Made by a program: the position numbers and the translations under genes | From: Macrostomum lignano | Lineage: Eukaryota | Direction: 5' to 3' | DNA: 64,000 nt | Assembly: GCA_002269645.1 (NCBI GenBank) | Contig: NIVC01002045.1 | Location: forward strand, 1 to 64,000 | Shown here: piece by piece, positions 49,201-59,980 of the stretch | How the letters are laid out: every line of letters starts with the position of its first letter | Numbering within the stretch: position 1 is the stretch's first letter | Notes under the pieces: model-generated | Told to the model about the DNA's origin: nothing | Databases searched by the model: none | What the model saw: the letters and a program-made list of their open reading frames with translations, nothing else

Positions 49201-52200
49201 CCGTTGGAGGCACTTTGCCTTGCGCCGGAGGGATCCGAGCGCCGGGTGCCACCAGGGGGCGGATTTCTTGCCTTTGTAGGCTTTAAGAGGACAGGAAGCC
49301 TCATGGGCTGTCAGGACGGTCTTGCTGAGCAAGTCTGCAAGGTCATCCACTTCCTGACAGGTGGTTGGAGCGACGGTAGTCAGCTGATCTGTCTGGCATT
49401 TCAGGGTTTCCGTGAAAGCCGTCCAGTCTGTGTTCCGGAAGTTCCTTTTCCACAGAATGTGAGGCTTGGGGCAAGAGGATTGCAAATGAAAACGAACGAA
49501 GCGATGGTCAGACAGAGACTCCTCTTCGTCCCACACCTCCTAGTCCTTGACTAAAGGAGCCAAGCCATGGGAGACGAGGGTAACGTCGAGGGCCTCCGTC
49601 CATCGCCCGTTGTCAAAGGTGGGGGTTCCACCAATGTTGCAAAACTCAGTGTTGGTGGTGCAGATGTAAGCAAGGAGTTCCTCGCCTCTGCTATTGGAAG
49701 TATTACTGCCCCAGTGGGTGTGGTGAGCGTTGATGTCGCCCGCCACCAGCAGCTCGAACCTACGGTTAGAGCAGTAGTCCACGAGGGAGGTGAGGTTGGG
49801 TGGAACCGCGGGGCCATCGCCAGGGATATAAATCGAGGCGATTATGACCGTGCGGTTGGTGATAATGTGGTTGGACTGAATGACACAGAGATCTCTGTCA
49901 GAGAGGTCCGGTCTGTGCCAAGCTTTGAGATGGGTAGACACGAACATGGCTGCTCTGGGGTTTTGAGGGTCCTGAAAACAGTCAAAACCAGCAGGAATAT
50001 TCGGAATCTTACCTTTCTTTGTCCAGGGCTCATGGAGTAGGATGATGCCCGGTTTCGCAAAGTTTGCCACCCGCATCAGGTTGGTCGAGGCCGCGATGCA
50101 GTGGTGTAGGTTTAGCTGCAGGATGTCCACTCCGGGGATTCCACGAGTGGTTCGCGCAGCTTCTTGCCGGCTCAAGGCGAGTTGTGCAGGAGAGCTGCCT
50201 CTTCTGCCTCGCCGATAGCTTCAGACTCCAGCTCCATGGGCTCCTCCCGGATGGATCCATGGTCGAGGGCAATGTCGCTGCCTGGGCGGCATTCTCGCTC
50301 TCGGCCTGGTTTTCCGGGGGGGGGCGCAGTGGTGACACTGGGCTGGCGGTGGCTGCGGTTGGGGGCCTTGGCGGTGTCCAGCAGCTGCTTCGCGCGCTGA
50401 GTCAGACCAGAGCGGATAGTGTTCCGGGCGGGTTTCCGGCCCTTTCCACGTCCGCCTGTTGCTGCAGCTTTCGCGGCTTTCCCTCTGACGGGGTCCACGT
50501 CCTCGGAGGGGTCGTGACGGCCGGGAGCTTCTTTTCCTGGGCGTTTCCGCCCGGCAGAGCCCCCGACAGCCCGCTTACGCTTCTCCGGGGGCGGTGGGCG
50601 GGTGGCGTCAGACTCAAAGCTAAAGAGCTGAATCTGCAACAGCCCGACAGAGATGATGGACATGTCCGGGTAGCGGAGCATCCAGCTATCCGACAGTCCA
50701 AGAATAGCCGTGAAACCGTCTCCGCCCGGCTTGGAGATGGTCTCGTGAACTACGACACCGTTTGCCGGTAGCTCCGGGTTGGAAGCCACTAGCAGGTGAC
50801 GCAGCTCGTCGGCCTTGGTGATGCAGCTGCGAGCCGGGATCCAGGCACGGTGCCGGTGTGTCCGGGGTCGCTCGTCCTCCCTGTAGATGAACAGGTTCTC
50901 CAGCTCCGTACCCCAGTCGAAGGTTTTCAGCAGCTCGAGGAGCTGCTGTCCTGACTGGCTGTCGGCGGGCTGGATATGGAGGGCTTGGTCCTCGACTTTC
51001 GTCTTTTGGACTCGAATAGTAGTGCCGCTCAAGGCCATCTTGACCAGGTGGGAGTCCAACCTGCGCCAGATAAGGTCGAGCTGTTCGGCCGTAAGAGGCG
51101 TCTCCTGGCCTTGGATAACCAGGGCCGGCTGCCTCTTGGCCATAGCCGCGTAGGTTCGCTTTGGCTTTGTGGTTTGGCCAGCGCCCCCCGCTTTGGATCC
51201 CTCCACAGCCGTGGGAGCTACCACACGGGCAGAGGTCCGGTCACGGGAGGGGCCAGCCGCACCAGGAGCTTCGGCGGCACCTGACGCATCAGACCGGCGC
51301 GCGGGGTCCACCCCCTTGTCGGATGTCGGCTCCTCCGCGGGGTTCGCAGAGTTACCGGCACCCTCCTCAGAGGTGGCCGGAGGGGCGGCTTTCGCATTCC
51401 TCCGTTCCTCCGCTTTGCGCTGGAGAAAGGCTTTGTAGCGAGCAATGCTACGGGCCTTCTTTTTCGAAATCTGAGGTCCGCTGTCTTGTCCAGCCACTCC
51501 GGTATTATCCTGAGCGGCGGCAGCGGCAGATTGAGAGGCACCGGGGGTTCCGGTGTTGCGAATGTCCGGCTGGGCCGCGGTGCCAACCTCGGTTGGTGCT
51601 CGAGCAGCCTCGGACGTGTCGGAGGTAAATGAATACTCCATGAGTCGCTGAAAGGCGAGTGGGGACTAGAGGTGAGAAGCCGCTGGGCCGTAACCCCAAA
51701 CCCAACAACCAGGCCAAGAGGTAGCGACCGGGGGGTGGCTTAAGCCCGTACCGGCCCGACCGCTAGCAACCGAGAAACTCCCCGGCTAAGAGCCCGGCTT
51801 GGAGAAACCAGAGGCCGAACCAAAGGACCATCAGCGCGGTACTACACTGGGCCCTTGGGGGAAGCAGGAGGACTGCCTCCGGAGCCTGCGGACTGGCCGC
51901 ATACCCTGTTAAGGTCAGAGGGTGATACCTGTTCCTCAGAGCCGTGGCCAGAGGTACCTGATACGCACAGGTTCACTTCCGGGCCAAAAGGCCACGGATG
52001 GGTTGCCGCCGCCGGAGCCCAGTCAGTCCAGCAGCCCTAGGGCTGCCTTGAACACATGCGGGGCGCGAACCCCTGGGTCGGCTTGCGAGTCAGCTTGGAG
52101 AGAGTTCTCCTGCCATTCCTGCACCAGAATAGAGGGGGTGCAGGTGTGTAGGATCGCAGACCTTAGCTCGTAGGCCTAGTCTGTCTCATGCTACACAGGC

Positions 52201-55200
52201 ATGCTATACCCGCCATTGCATGCTGGAGGCCAGCACAAAAGCTGCAGTTGCTGACCGACACAGAAGCAGAAAATGTATCCCTAATAGAAATTAAATACTT
52301 TTAGGCTGATTGTTGCGATAATTTTAGCTCAGGTGTCTACAGACTGGCGCTCATAAATCATATTGAAAATATTCTGCCACTTTGAATCTACTACCAGCGT
52401 AATAAATACTTTGCTCTACTCTGCTAATCTCATCACAGGTATTAACTGGGCATCCTCTGCTCCGCTAATTGCCTGTGGTCTTCACTTGGCATCTTTTCAA
52501 CCGGTATTATTCGAGGGGTTTCCAATAATAGCAGTTAAAATTCGATGTACCGACTGAACGCGAAGGCAGAATCTAATGTAACAGGCATCACTGAATTTAT
52601 AAACATTCCACAGTTCTAATAGACGTTTATTTCTGTAAAAGTTATGGCTAAAGCTGCAACAAGGGGTAAAGGGTAAAGTTACGCCAAGCCGAGGCCATAC
52701 AGTCTGCCATGCAGAATCGCCGTTAACTGATGACTTTTGGACAAAGTGACCCCTTAACTAAACTAATTCACCTCCTGGAATCAGTGTCCACTGCAGATTC
52801 AACTATTTGGCGGGCGAAAACAACTCTAATAGCATAAACCGATGCTCAATTGCTTGTATATATTTTAGCTCGCACCATCGCAGTGACAGCGTGCCAGTGA
52901 GATAGAAAGAGCGTGCATAGCTTCTTAGCTTCTCCCATTGCCTTTGGAAGCACACAAAGCGGCGATGACCTTTTTGCAGAATGCACCAAATATCAAAAGA
53001 ACAGCGTACGCTCAAACTCAAGGGCTCGACTTAACGCAACTCCACCCCTTAAACTCCTAAAATATCTTGGCCAAGAACTTCCCAGCAGAAACTCCTCTAT
53101 CCACTCACTCTCGCAACTGCAAAGCGTCTCTACGTCCATGGCCTAAGGATAACCGACCACAGAACCTTCTGAGTCTCCCGAACAGCTACCACCTGACTTT
53201 GGTTAGTTACCTGTTGATAAATTCTTACGTAACAAGCGAGGAGCAGCATGGAATTGGGGGAAGCAAACGCAAAGAAAGTTGGTGGTAAGCCGTCTGCAGA
53301 GGCAGAACAGCAGTCAGATGCTGCTAAGATACGCTGAGAGGCTTCAACTAGTGCAAGAACAAGTGGGCCGAGCAGCATGCTTGTAGGCAATCTAAGAGTT
53401 GCGAACGAGTGGTAGCAGAGGCAGAAATGCGAGACTCTGAGACAGTGCTACAACAATGCGTTTAGGGAGATCAGAGAGAGGGGGAGAGCTGCGGGGCATT
53501 CTGACCACGCAGGCTATTTTGTGAATCAGGAAGTTCCACAAGTAGCCACTGCAGTCACTGATTCAGCTGGGTAGGCCAAGGATAATCCTCAGCTAAGCAG
53601 TAAAGCATGATTACAGCTTTGCCTTTTTGTCAGGCATTTACGACGTATAACCTGAATGGATTCCTGAATACATTCCTGTACTTTTGAGCATCTGCATTTC
53701 TTGATGGAGATAGATGCGTATGTGCTCAAAGCCGATGGTTTTCAATGAAGGTTTTCAATATGAGCCGGCTAGCAGAGCATTTTATATGTGATAATCAATT
53801 CTGACGTCTGCATGAAATCCTAGTTTTTACTCAGCAAGACTTTAGTTTATTTCTGAAGGAGAGGGAGAGAGGGAGAGAGAATAAAATAGCTCATTTCATA
53901 AACTCTGTTGCATTAAATTCTGATTTTCAATTTAGTCGGTACACCGATTTTTATCTCAACTTTTGGACACCTCTCGTAGTCATGTGCTTCATTATAATGT
54001 TTTAAACGATTTTACATCGTTTTATATTTTCCCGACGGTAGCCGCAAGTGTCAAATGCGTCATTGTCACACAACCGGCGAGAGGCATTACTGCCCATTCG
54101 ACCATAGACAACTCTATAGTTGAGAAAAACAAACTTGTGAGAAAAATAACCTCAAAAGCTGATGTTTATACTCAGTATAGTATGCTAGGTACTGGTATAT
54201 ATATTTTGGTAAACGAACGTATGAAACATTTATCAGCGCTACTAGACTTAAAAAACGGATTCAAGGTTGTTTCGTCAAATGCCGTTTCGTCTAAGAGATT
54301 TTTTGGAGAGTCGTTTCGTCTAACGGAGATTTGAAGCAACTGGAAAGCAAGATAATGATTAATATGTGATGGAGAAGTAATTTTACAGACATCAGTGAGA
54401 TGTGGTGTGTACGCCATAACTTGAAAGCTGCATTTGTTTGTAAAAAATGTTTACAATTTGGCGTTCACTGCACGACACGTTTAAAAGTACCTAGTGGGTT
54501 ACGACACTAAGAGAAGAAGACGTCACTACATTCAATGAAAAATTGGTCATTAAATCATGAAGATAATACAGCGAGTGTCAGACGACTCCACTGAGCAGGC
54601 ACATACGAGCGTAAGCGCGGGGATACGTACGCAGTCACACACACAGGCACACACAAGTGTGTACAGCCGCTCCAACTTTAATTATCGTTAGAAATGTACA
54701 CCTACTTCACTGTTCCTTGGGGGTTGGCGCTCAAGGGCGTTGATTGCACGAGCAGACTCAAGCAGAGATTCCAGAATCGAGCCTGGGCCGCTGGCACATA
54801 CTGTAAGAACACTGCGCTAGAACATTGTACGCTGCAGCCCCCTTCATCCTGCAAACAGCTCAATTTCAACAGCTGCATTGATTGATTTGCAAACAATCAA
54901 CCCCTTCCAGCGCAAGCCGCTGTACTACGAGATCAACCTCATCATGCCCTGCATCGCCATCCTCACTGTGGCCCTGTTCGGCTTCCGACTGCCGCCCGAG
55001 TCCGGCGAGCGGATCTCCCTGTCCGTCACGGTGCTGCTGGCGCTCAGCGTGTTTCTTCAGCTGTCCAGCGAGCACACGCCGACTCAGAGCGACGTTGTGC
55101 CGCTCATGTGTGAGTCTGCGAGTCATGCGCTACCCCAGCTTTGTAGCTAATTGTTTAGCCTGTAAAACTTATTTAATTGTTTGCAGATATTTCTGCACTT

Positions 55201-57721
55201 GTTAAGCACCAGTTCCCTCACACTGAGAAAACACAGGGCTGAAAATGCTCTGGCAGGGCAAGATAAAACCGCACGCTAAAAGTACACAGACAGGTCATGG
55301 CTACAGCCGGTCAGGCGAGAGCAGTGCGACTCATACAACAACAAACAACAACAAAGGACGACAACCCAAGGCCGAAGCCAGAGGGGCTGCCGTCAAAAGG
55401 CACGCGCAAGAGCAGAGTGGCGCAGAATTGTCAGTCCACGAGGGTCAGAGATCTCAGCGTCAGTCAATAGCAGTTCAGGATAGCGTAGCGCCCTCGCCTG
55501 ACCACGCCGCCGGGGCCCCTGCAGGGAAAGCAGCAGCACGTCCTGCAGTGGCTCGGGGCAGCGCTGCTCCGCACGGATGACGTGGCCAGCCAGCTGCAGG
55601 CGCCGGATGCGCAGCAGCTGACTTGGCCGGCAGAGCTGGGCCCGGCGATAGAGCTCATCGTTGCTGGTGTTGGTGACGGCAGTCGGCGAATAGTGGACGC
55701 CGAAGGCGGCTCGCAGGAGTCCGGCGTGGGCGGCATCGAGTTGCTTCTCCTGTGTGCCGTTCAGAGTCCACGTTTGAGCGTTGTAGAGAAAGACGGTCTC
55801 TATGACGGCTTGAAACAACCGCCCTCTCAGCCGATCCGGCAGCGTGGGGCACTGCAGGACAGTCCGCAGGGTGCGAAAGGCTGCCCAGGCAAGCGCCCTG
55901 CGTCGCGCCATGTCGTCCAGGATGTCGGGCACTTGACCGCCGAGATAGATGAAGGTCTCGCAGCGCGGCAGCAATGCCGCTTGCCCATTTACGTTGTGGC
56001 AGAAGATCTCGCCGTTGAGGTCATTTGGGACGGTCAGCACCATTGTTTTCTTGGTGTTCACGGACAGCCCGACCATTGCCGCCGCCGCAGTCAGCTTCTC
56101 CAGCAGATGCTGAGCACCTTCGATTGAGCTGGACAGCAGCGCCAGGTCGTCCGCGTACGCCAGGACAGAGAGTCGTCTTTCGACTCTCTGTCCTGAGAGT
56201 GCGTTTCTGCTCTGTCGCAGGACAAGCAGCCGACACCCCGACTCATACAATAGGACACACTGTTGCTAAGGCCACATGGGTTTGTAGCTAACAATGGTTT
56301 TAGCCTAGTGGATGGAGCGTCGGACTCCCGGCTGAAAAGTCAGGGGTTCCATTCTCGACCCACTCGGAACAATTTGAGCGAAGACACTTAACTCTGCATT
56401 GCTTCAGTTCACCTAACTGTAAAATGGATTTCAGCATTAGCTGGGGGTCATTGAGGATGTGTGGTAACCCCCCAGTCCTTGGACTGAATAGTTGTACGCA
56501 GTCTTAAGATGCGCCGCGCAATAGCTGCGGCTGAGCTGTTTGGTTGCACATCAGACAGCGGCCCTGACTTTCTTCTAATCGTCAGACATGTGCATTGTGA
56601 ACTCTCTTAGCCTTGAATGTTGGCCCTCATTTGGGGTGTGAATTGAACAACACCCCCGGCCAATTTCCGTGAGGTGAGCAAGCTCTAAAATATTGTAACC
56701 AGTGTCGTGGGCCCGAGAGCCAGCGTTTTTGAGCGTACCACGGAGCTGTTAAGCTTATACTTATACTCTAGTCCCTGAAACTGAATACAGTGGGCTTAGT
56801 AGACATACACTAGAGATACTACACGTACTACACATACGCGTAGACATACACATACGCTTTTCAGCCCGCTACTTCATGGTCGCCATCGGCATGTCCTCGT
56901 TGTGCGTTCTGGGCAGCATCCTGGTGCTGCTGCTGCAATCCAACGGCAAGCAGGCCAAGCGAATGGGCCACCGAACTGAGCTGTTCTTCACTCTGCTGTG
57001 CCGCCTCATCTGCTATCCGGGCTTCCAGGAAGCTGGAGCGAACGCCAGCGGCTGCAGAGGTGACGGAGGCACCCACGGAGGCAACAGGCACCAGAATCGC
57101 GTCAACAGGCGCTCGGTAGGCTGCCGATTTCTCAGAGTGGTTTAATGCAATGAATCAAATCTCAGTGTCTTTAAAATAAACAGTGGTTTTCGTTGTATTA
57201 CGAGCGTAACATGCACATAAGAAGGAGCCATTTGCTAGAAAAACGTCACGCATAATTCTTTCATTTTGCAGATTAGTCCGAGCGAAAGCAGCAACAGCAG
57301 AAGCAACAGCAGAGGCAAAAACATCATTTCGCCGACAGCCTCGTCTACCATCGTGTCCAGCAGCATGGATGTGGAGGAGATTGACATTGATGAACTGCGC
57401 GTCCGAGCTGAGCGCAGTTCGACTGCTGATGTGCCGCCGCCACCGTCTCCCCAGCTGCCGCCGCCGCAGTGGGCGGCTGATGCTCTGAACCGAGTCAGCT
57501 CAACCCTGACGGAGATTCGCCTGGCCATGGCCCAGTCGGAGGACTCCAAGCGATGGGAGCGACGTTGGGAGGACGCCGCCCAGGTCACGGACAGGCTGAT
57601 GTTCTACATCTCCATAATAGGCTTCATCGGACTCATCCTGACCGTCTTGATAGTCCGACCCAGCGAAGCCATCAGCGCCGCCACCGACTGCAAGCAGCTG
57701 CGCGCCGCCTCGATGACCTGA
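40264..57721 (+). CDS. Nicotinic acetylcholine receptor-like alpha subunit, copy C (541 aa predicted, exons intact, introns expanded by TEs)
   Basis: Exons 40264-40479, 43509-43553, 43625-43752, 43903-44239, 54911-55109, 56865-57115, 57272-57721. Loop C is [10 protein letters not shown]. Confidence 0.92.
40659..40696 (-). ncRNA. Minimal type I hammerhead ribozyme motif (inverted pLTR copy)
   Basis: The minus strand reads ACC-CTGACGA-C-GGCCC-TAGT-GGGTG-GAA-ACGCTT-T-GGT. The core is intact and the stem III palindrome is mutated. Confidence 0.6.
41774..43024 (+). mobile_element. hAT DNA transposon, 5' portion only, nested in the Penelope pLTR
   Basis: TIR start CAGTGTTGGGCAAAGTT with subterminal CCGGCACTT/CCGGTACTT repeats. 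BED finger (VCQLCLP...[14 protein letters not shown]) in 42101-42514. Dimerisation region ([17 protein letters not shown]...IPSRRTL) in 42688-43068. Right end missing. Confidence 0.85.
43128..43165 (+). ncRNA. Minimal type I hammerhead ribozyme motif (sense pLTR copy)
   Basis: ACC-GTGACGA-C-GACCC-CAGT-GGGTT-GAA-ACGCGT-T-GGT. The palindromic ACGCGT is intact, but core C3 is replaced by G. Confidence 0.55.
45110..45539. repeat. Satellite: 12 full units plus 1 partial of 35-36 bp (TTTGTCTATGGTTGCCATCGAATATATAAACTAAT)
   Basis: Directly counted. Preceded by an inverted copy of the unit's first 14 bp (CAACCATAGACAAA). Confidence 0.95.
46447..50175 (-). pseudogene. ORF2 (APE-RT-RNase H-CCHC), interrupted
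   Basis: Segments 49540-50175, 47749-49536, 47612-47932 and 46447-47601. In-frame TAG at 49540-49542 (probably W), a frameshift or deletion near 47915, and a further stop near 47612. Confidence 0.9.
50172..51641 (-). CDS. ORF1 of the LOA/R1-like element (489 aa, uninterrupted)
   Basis: Long ORF directly upstream of the endonuclease. Homologous to the broken ORF1 at 33546-34986 ([10 protein letters not shown] vs SYASKVKQP; HRAWIPA vs HRIWVPA). Confidence 0.85.
   Translation of the reverse strand: MEYSFTSDTSEAARAPTEVGTAAQPDIRNTGTPGASQSAAAAAQDNTGVAGQDSGPQISKKKARSIARYKAFLQRKAEERRNAKAAPPATSEEGAGNSANPAEEPTSDKGVDPARRSDASGAAEAPGAAGPSRDRTSARVVAPTAVEGSKAGGAGQTTKPKRTYAAMAKRQPALVIQGQETPLTAEQLDLIWRRLDSHLVKMALSGTTIRVQKTKVEDQALHIQPADSQSGQQLLELLKTFDWGTELENLFIYREDERPRTHRHRAWIPARSCITKADELRHLLVASNPELPANGVVVHETISKPGGDGFTAILGLSDSWMLRYPDMSIISVGLLQIQLFSFESDATRPPPPEKRKRAVGGSAGRKRPGKEAPGRHDPSEDVDPVRGKAAKAAATGGRGKGRKPARNTIRSGLTQRAKQLLDTAKAPNRSHRQPSVTTAPPPGKPGRERECRPGSDIALDHGSIREEPMELESEAIGEAEEAALLHNSP
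52147..52223 (-). ncRNA. Candidate HDV-like ribozyme, second variant
   Basis: The first nucleotide (G at 52223) abuts the TSD. 37 nt are identical to 33099-33135. Confidence 0.55.
55339..56238 (-). mobile_element. 5'-truncated RTE-clade non-LTR retrotransposon in intron 5 of copy C
   Basis: ORF 55393-56250 ([10 protein letters not shown]...FIYLGG...[14 protein letters not shown]). (CAA)n tail. 12-bp TSD CGACTCATACAA at 55327-55338 and 56239-56250. The empty site is in copy B near 26866. Confidence 0.92.
56296..56570 (+). mobile_element. tRNA-derived SINE with CORE/Meta-like domain, intron 5 of copy C
   Basis: A box TAGCCTAGTGG and B-box-like GGTTCCATTC, followed by the central domain and tail seen in the other two copies. 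Confidence 0.75.
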
Positions 57722-59802
57722 CAGAGGTATCCGACCGAGTGCTCCGCCAGATTTAAAGTAGAAATGCCACAAAAACTGTTTGCAGTCAGTTTTTTGAACG
57801 CTCGAATGGACCTGAGCAGGCTCAAAATTGCACCCAATATTATACTATTCCCGTTGTAAAATAGGAAGCCAATTTGCTCAGAAGTACCAGTTATCTGAGT
57901 TCGACTCCCGGCTTCATATTACTTATTGTCAGATTTATCCATATAATCTGACAAAAGTCGTATCATTTCCTATTTACTCCATGTATTTTGCGTTTTGTTG
58001 CCCCAATTGGGCCGTTTTACTTTCCTATTGTGTGCACGATCTATTTAGAGCGTATAGCAATTGTACGATCGATAATTTAGGCCTTTCCGTGCGCGTGGCG
58101 CACGAAGAGGTCCAGTTTATCACTTTAAATATATAGTCTGGCCCTCGCCTTGGTTTATTACCCTTTCTATTCACTTTCTCACCACCGACTTATACGACCG
58201 CGTGTTTCTAGCTTCAAGTGTTAGTTCAGTTAATTATTTGTCCCACCAGCAATCGAACACTTATAATACTTTGGGGCTTATGCATGAAGTTGGTTTTGGA
58301 CTTGTTGTTTAGTCCACACCCATTAGGGCCAACCCTCAGTGTGTGTGTGTGCGCGCGTGTGTGCACATGTTCCAGCTCAGGGCTTAGTGGAATGGACACA
58401 ACCTTCTCAACGGCTGCGGGTGGACTTGTCGTGTTGATTTCCGGGATAAATGGTATGTCTCAGTACAGACATAGGATGGTTTTCCTTTGTCGTGTACTTT
58501 TGCATGCCTGCTCCGTTTGAGTTCAGCAAATTTGAGCATAATCTGCTACTAGAGAGTACTCTTAGAATTCGCTGTTCGCGAAAGCTGCATATTTTATAGA
58601 ACTGACCGGCATTCTGCTTTGCTATTCTCACACTGAGTTTATTCTTGTCCATTGTATTTCAGCAACACAACTCTATATTCGTGACTTCATATTCTACTAC
58701 TATGAGTAACACTTTGAGTGTGTGGTAAATTTTGTTATAATTTGTGCGTTCAAATTTAACAGAAATTTTTGTTGTGAGTAGTATGCATAGTAGTATCTTT
58801 TTTCGTTTTAGAAGCTGTTTTGATAAAGTCGATAACATTTTTTATTCTACGAAAGTTTACCCGATAGCATTCCTCTGCGCCCTACTTGAAAAAATGACAA
58901 GTCCAAAAGCAGGTAAGTTGAAGTTTTTTATGATGAAAGATATGTTTGTGTAATGCATGTATCTTACAATTACAATGCAGGTTGCTTCTTATTCATCTGT
59001 TATTATTCTGCAAATAATTGCATTGCTTCATTATTTTGTTAAAAAGCAATACTTGTGATTTCCTTGTTTGTACTTTCTGTACCTCTGATTTACCTATGAC
59101 CGACTGTTTGTTTTTCCTTTCAAGGATAATTACCAGTCTGAATGCAGTCTGAATGCAAATAGAGATATTGCTGTGGCACCCTGAGACAAGTCTGCGTCTT
59201 TTATATTTGGAGAGCTGCTTTTGTTTTACTGATTCCGCAGTGCTGGAGCTACTCTCCTCTCTGTGTGTTCAAGTACATCTTTCCAATGCCAGCTTCATCA
59301 GTTGGTGCATCCGCATTGCCAAGAGTTCAAGAGACACTCGCTCACGGAGTTGAGTTGTAGAAAGAGCTTTCAGTACCGGTATTTGGCCTTCATTCTCTGG
59401 TCTGGGGACGCAGGCAGTTGGCAGCTTGCCATACAGAGTGGGGGCTCCTTGGGGTCTCAAAAGTTTGCTTCACTCCCTTCCCTAACCCTACCAACCCCGC
59501 CACCCAGCTTTTCTCCGCCATGAACCATTGGCATATGCGTAGACGGCTACGCCCCTCCCCTACTATCCAAGCCCCGGCTGTCGACACCAGTACCCCGCAT
59601 TCCCCTTGCTCCACCCTGTCCCAGTGTCCCAGCTACAATAAAGGCAGAGTTTGTCTCCAAACGGAACCCCCACAAGTCCAAAAAGACGCTTTGGATATTT
59701 TTGGCAATTCCTACACTTGCTGGAAGGCAGAGTAAAAAAACAAAATTGAACAAAACGGCTAGAGCAATAATACTCGTAAGCTCAAGCTTGAAATGCTGGT
59801 CG

Positions 59803-59812
59803 CTGATTGGCT
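59803..59812 (+). promoter_or_regulatory. Inverted CCAAT box upstream of copy D
   Basis: CTGATTGGCT, 178 bp before the ATG. Confidence 0.5.
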
Positions 59813-59980
59813 GATTGTCTCGCATTGCTGCTGTTTGAAACGCTGCTAAAACTCAAATAGCTGCATCCTGCCAGAAGCGGATAACACAGGAGGAGCCACA
59901 GCCTCCCTAAGCCAAAAGAGAAAAAAATCTTTTGAGACGAGAGGGTTAATTTTTCAACTTTTTTTCAACTACAAGCGGGC

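Larger units (their letters stand above)
46352..52223 (-). mobile_element. Full-length I-group (LOA/R1-like) non-LTR retrotransposon in intron 4 of copy C
   Basis: 13-bp TSD TGGAGGCCAGCAC at 46339-46351 and 52224-52236. The empty site is visible in copy B near 26066. Tail (TAAGTC)n. Confidence 0.95.

Noticed and set aside
46333-52173. Many 60-235 aa ORFs overlapping the retrotransposons (also 14562-17159 and 32025-38887)
   Set aside because: These are alternate-frame or antisense by-products of GC-rich TE coding sequence.
52727-52760. CTGATGA hammerhead-like core (also at about 62666)
   Set aside because: No GAAA after stem II and no stem I/III. It is paralogous intron sequence.
53130-53390. 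Minus-strand 86-aa ORF with signal-peptide-like start inside intron 4 of copy C
   Set aside because: Short, with no recognisable domain and no second copy for comparison.
56296-56365. tRNA gene
   Set aside because: The boxes are degenerate, there is no clean cloverleaf, and it is fused to a SINE body. It is treated as a SINE head, as is 26928.
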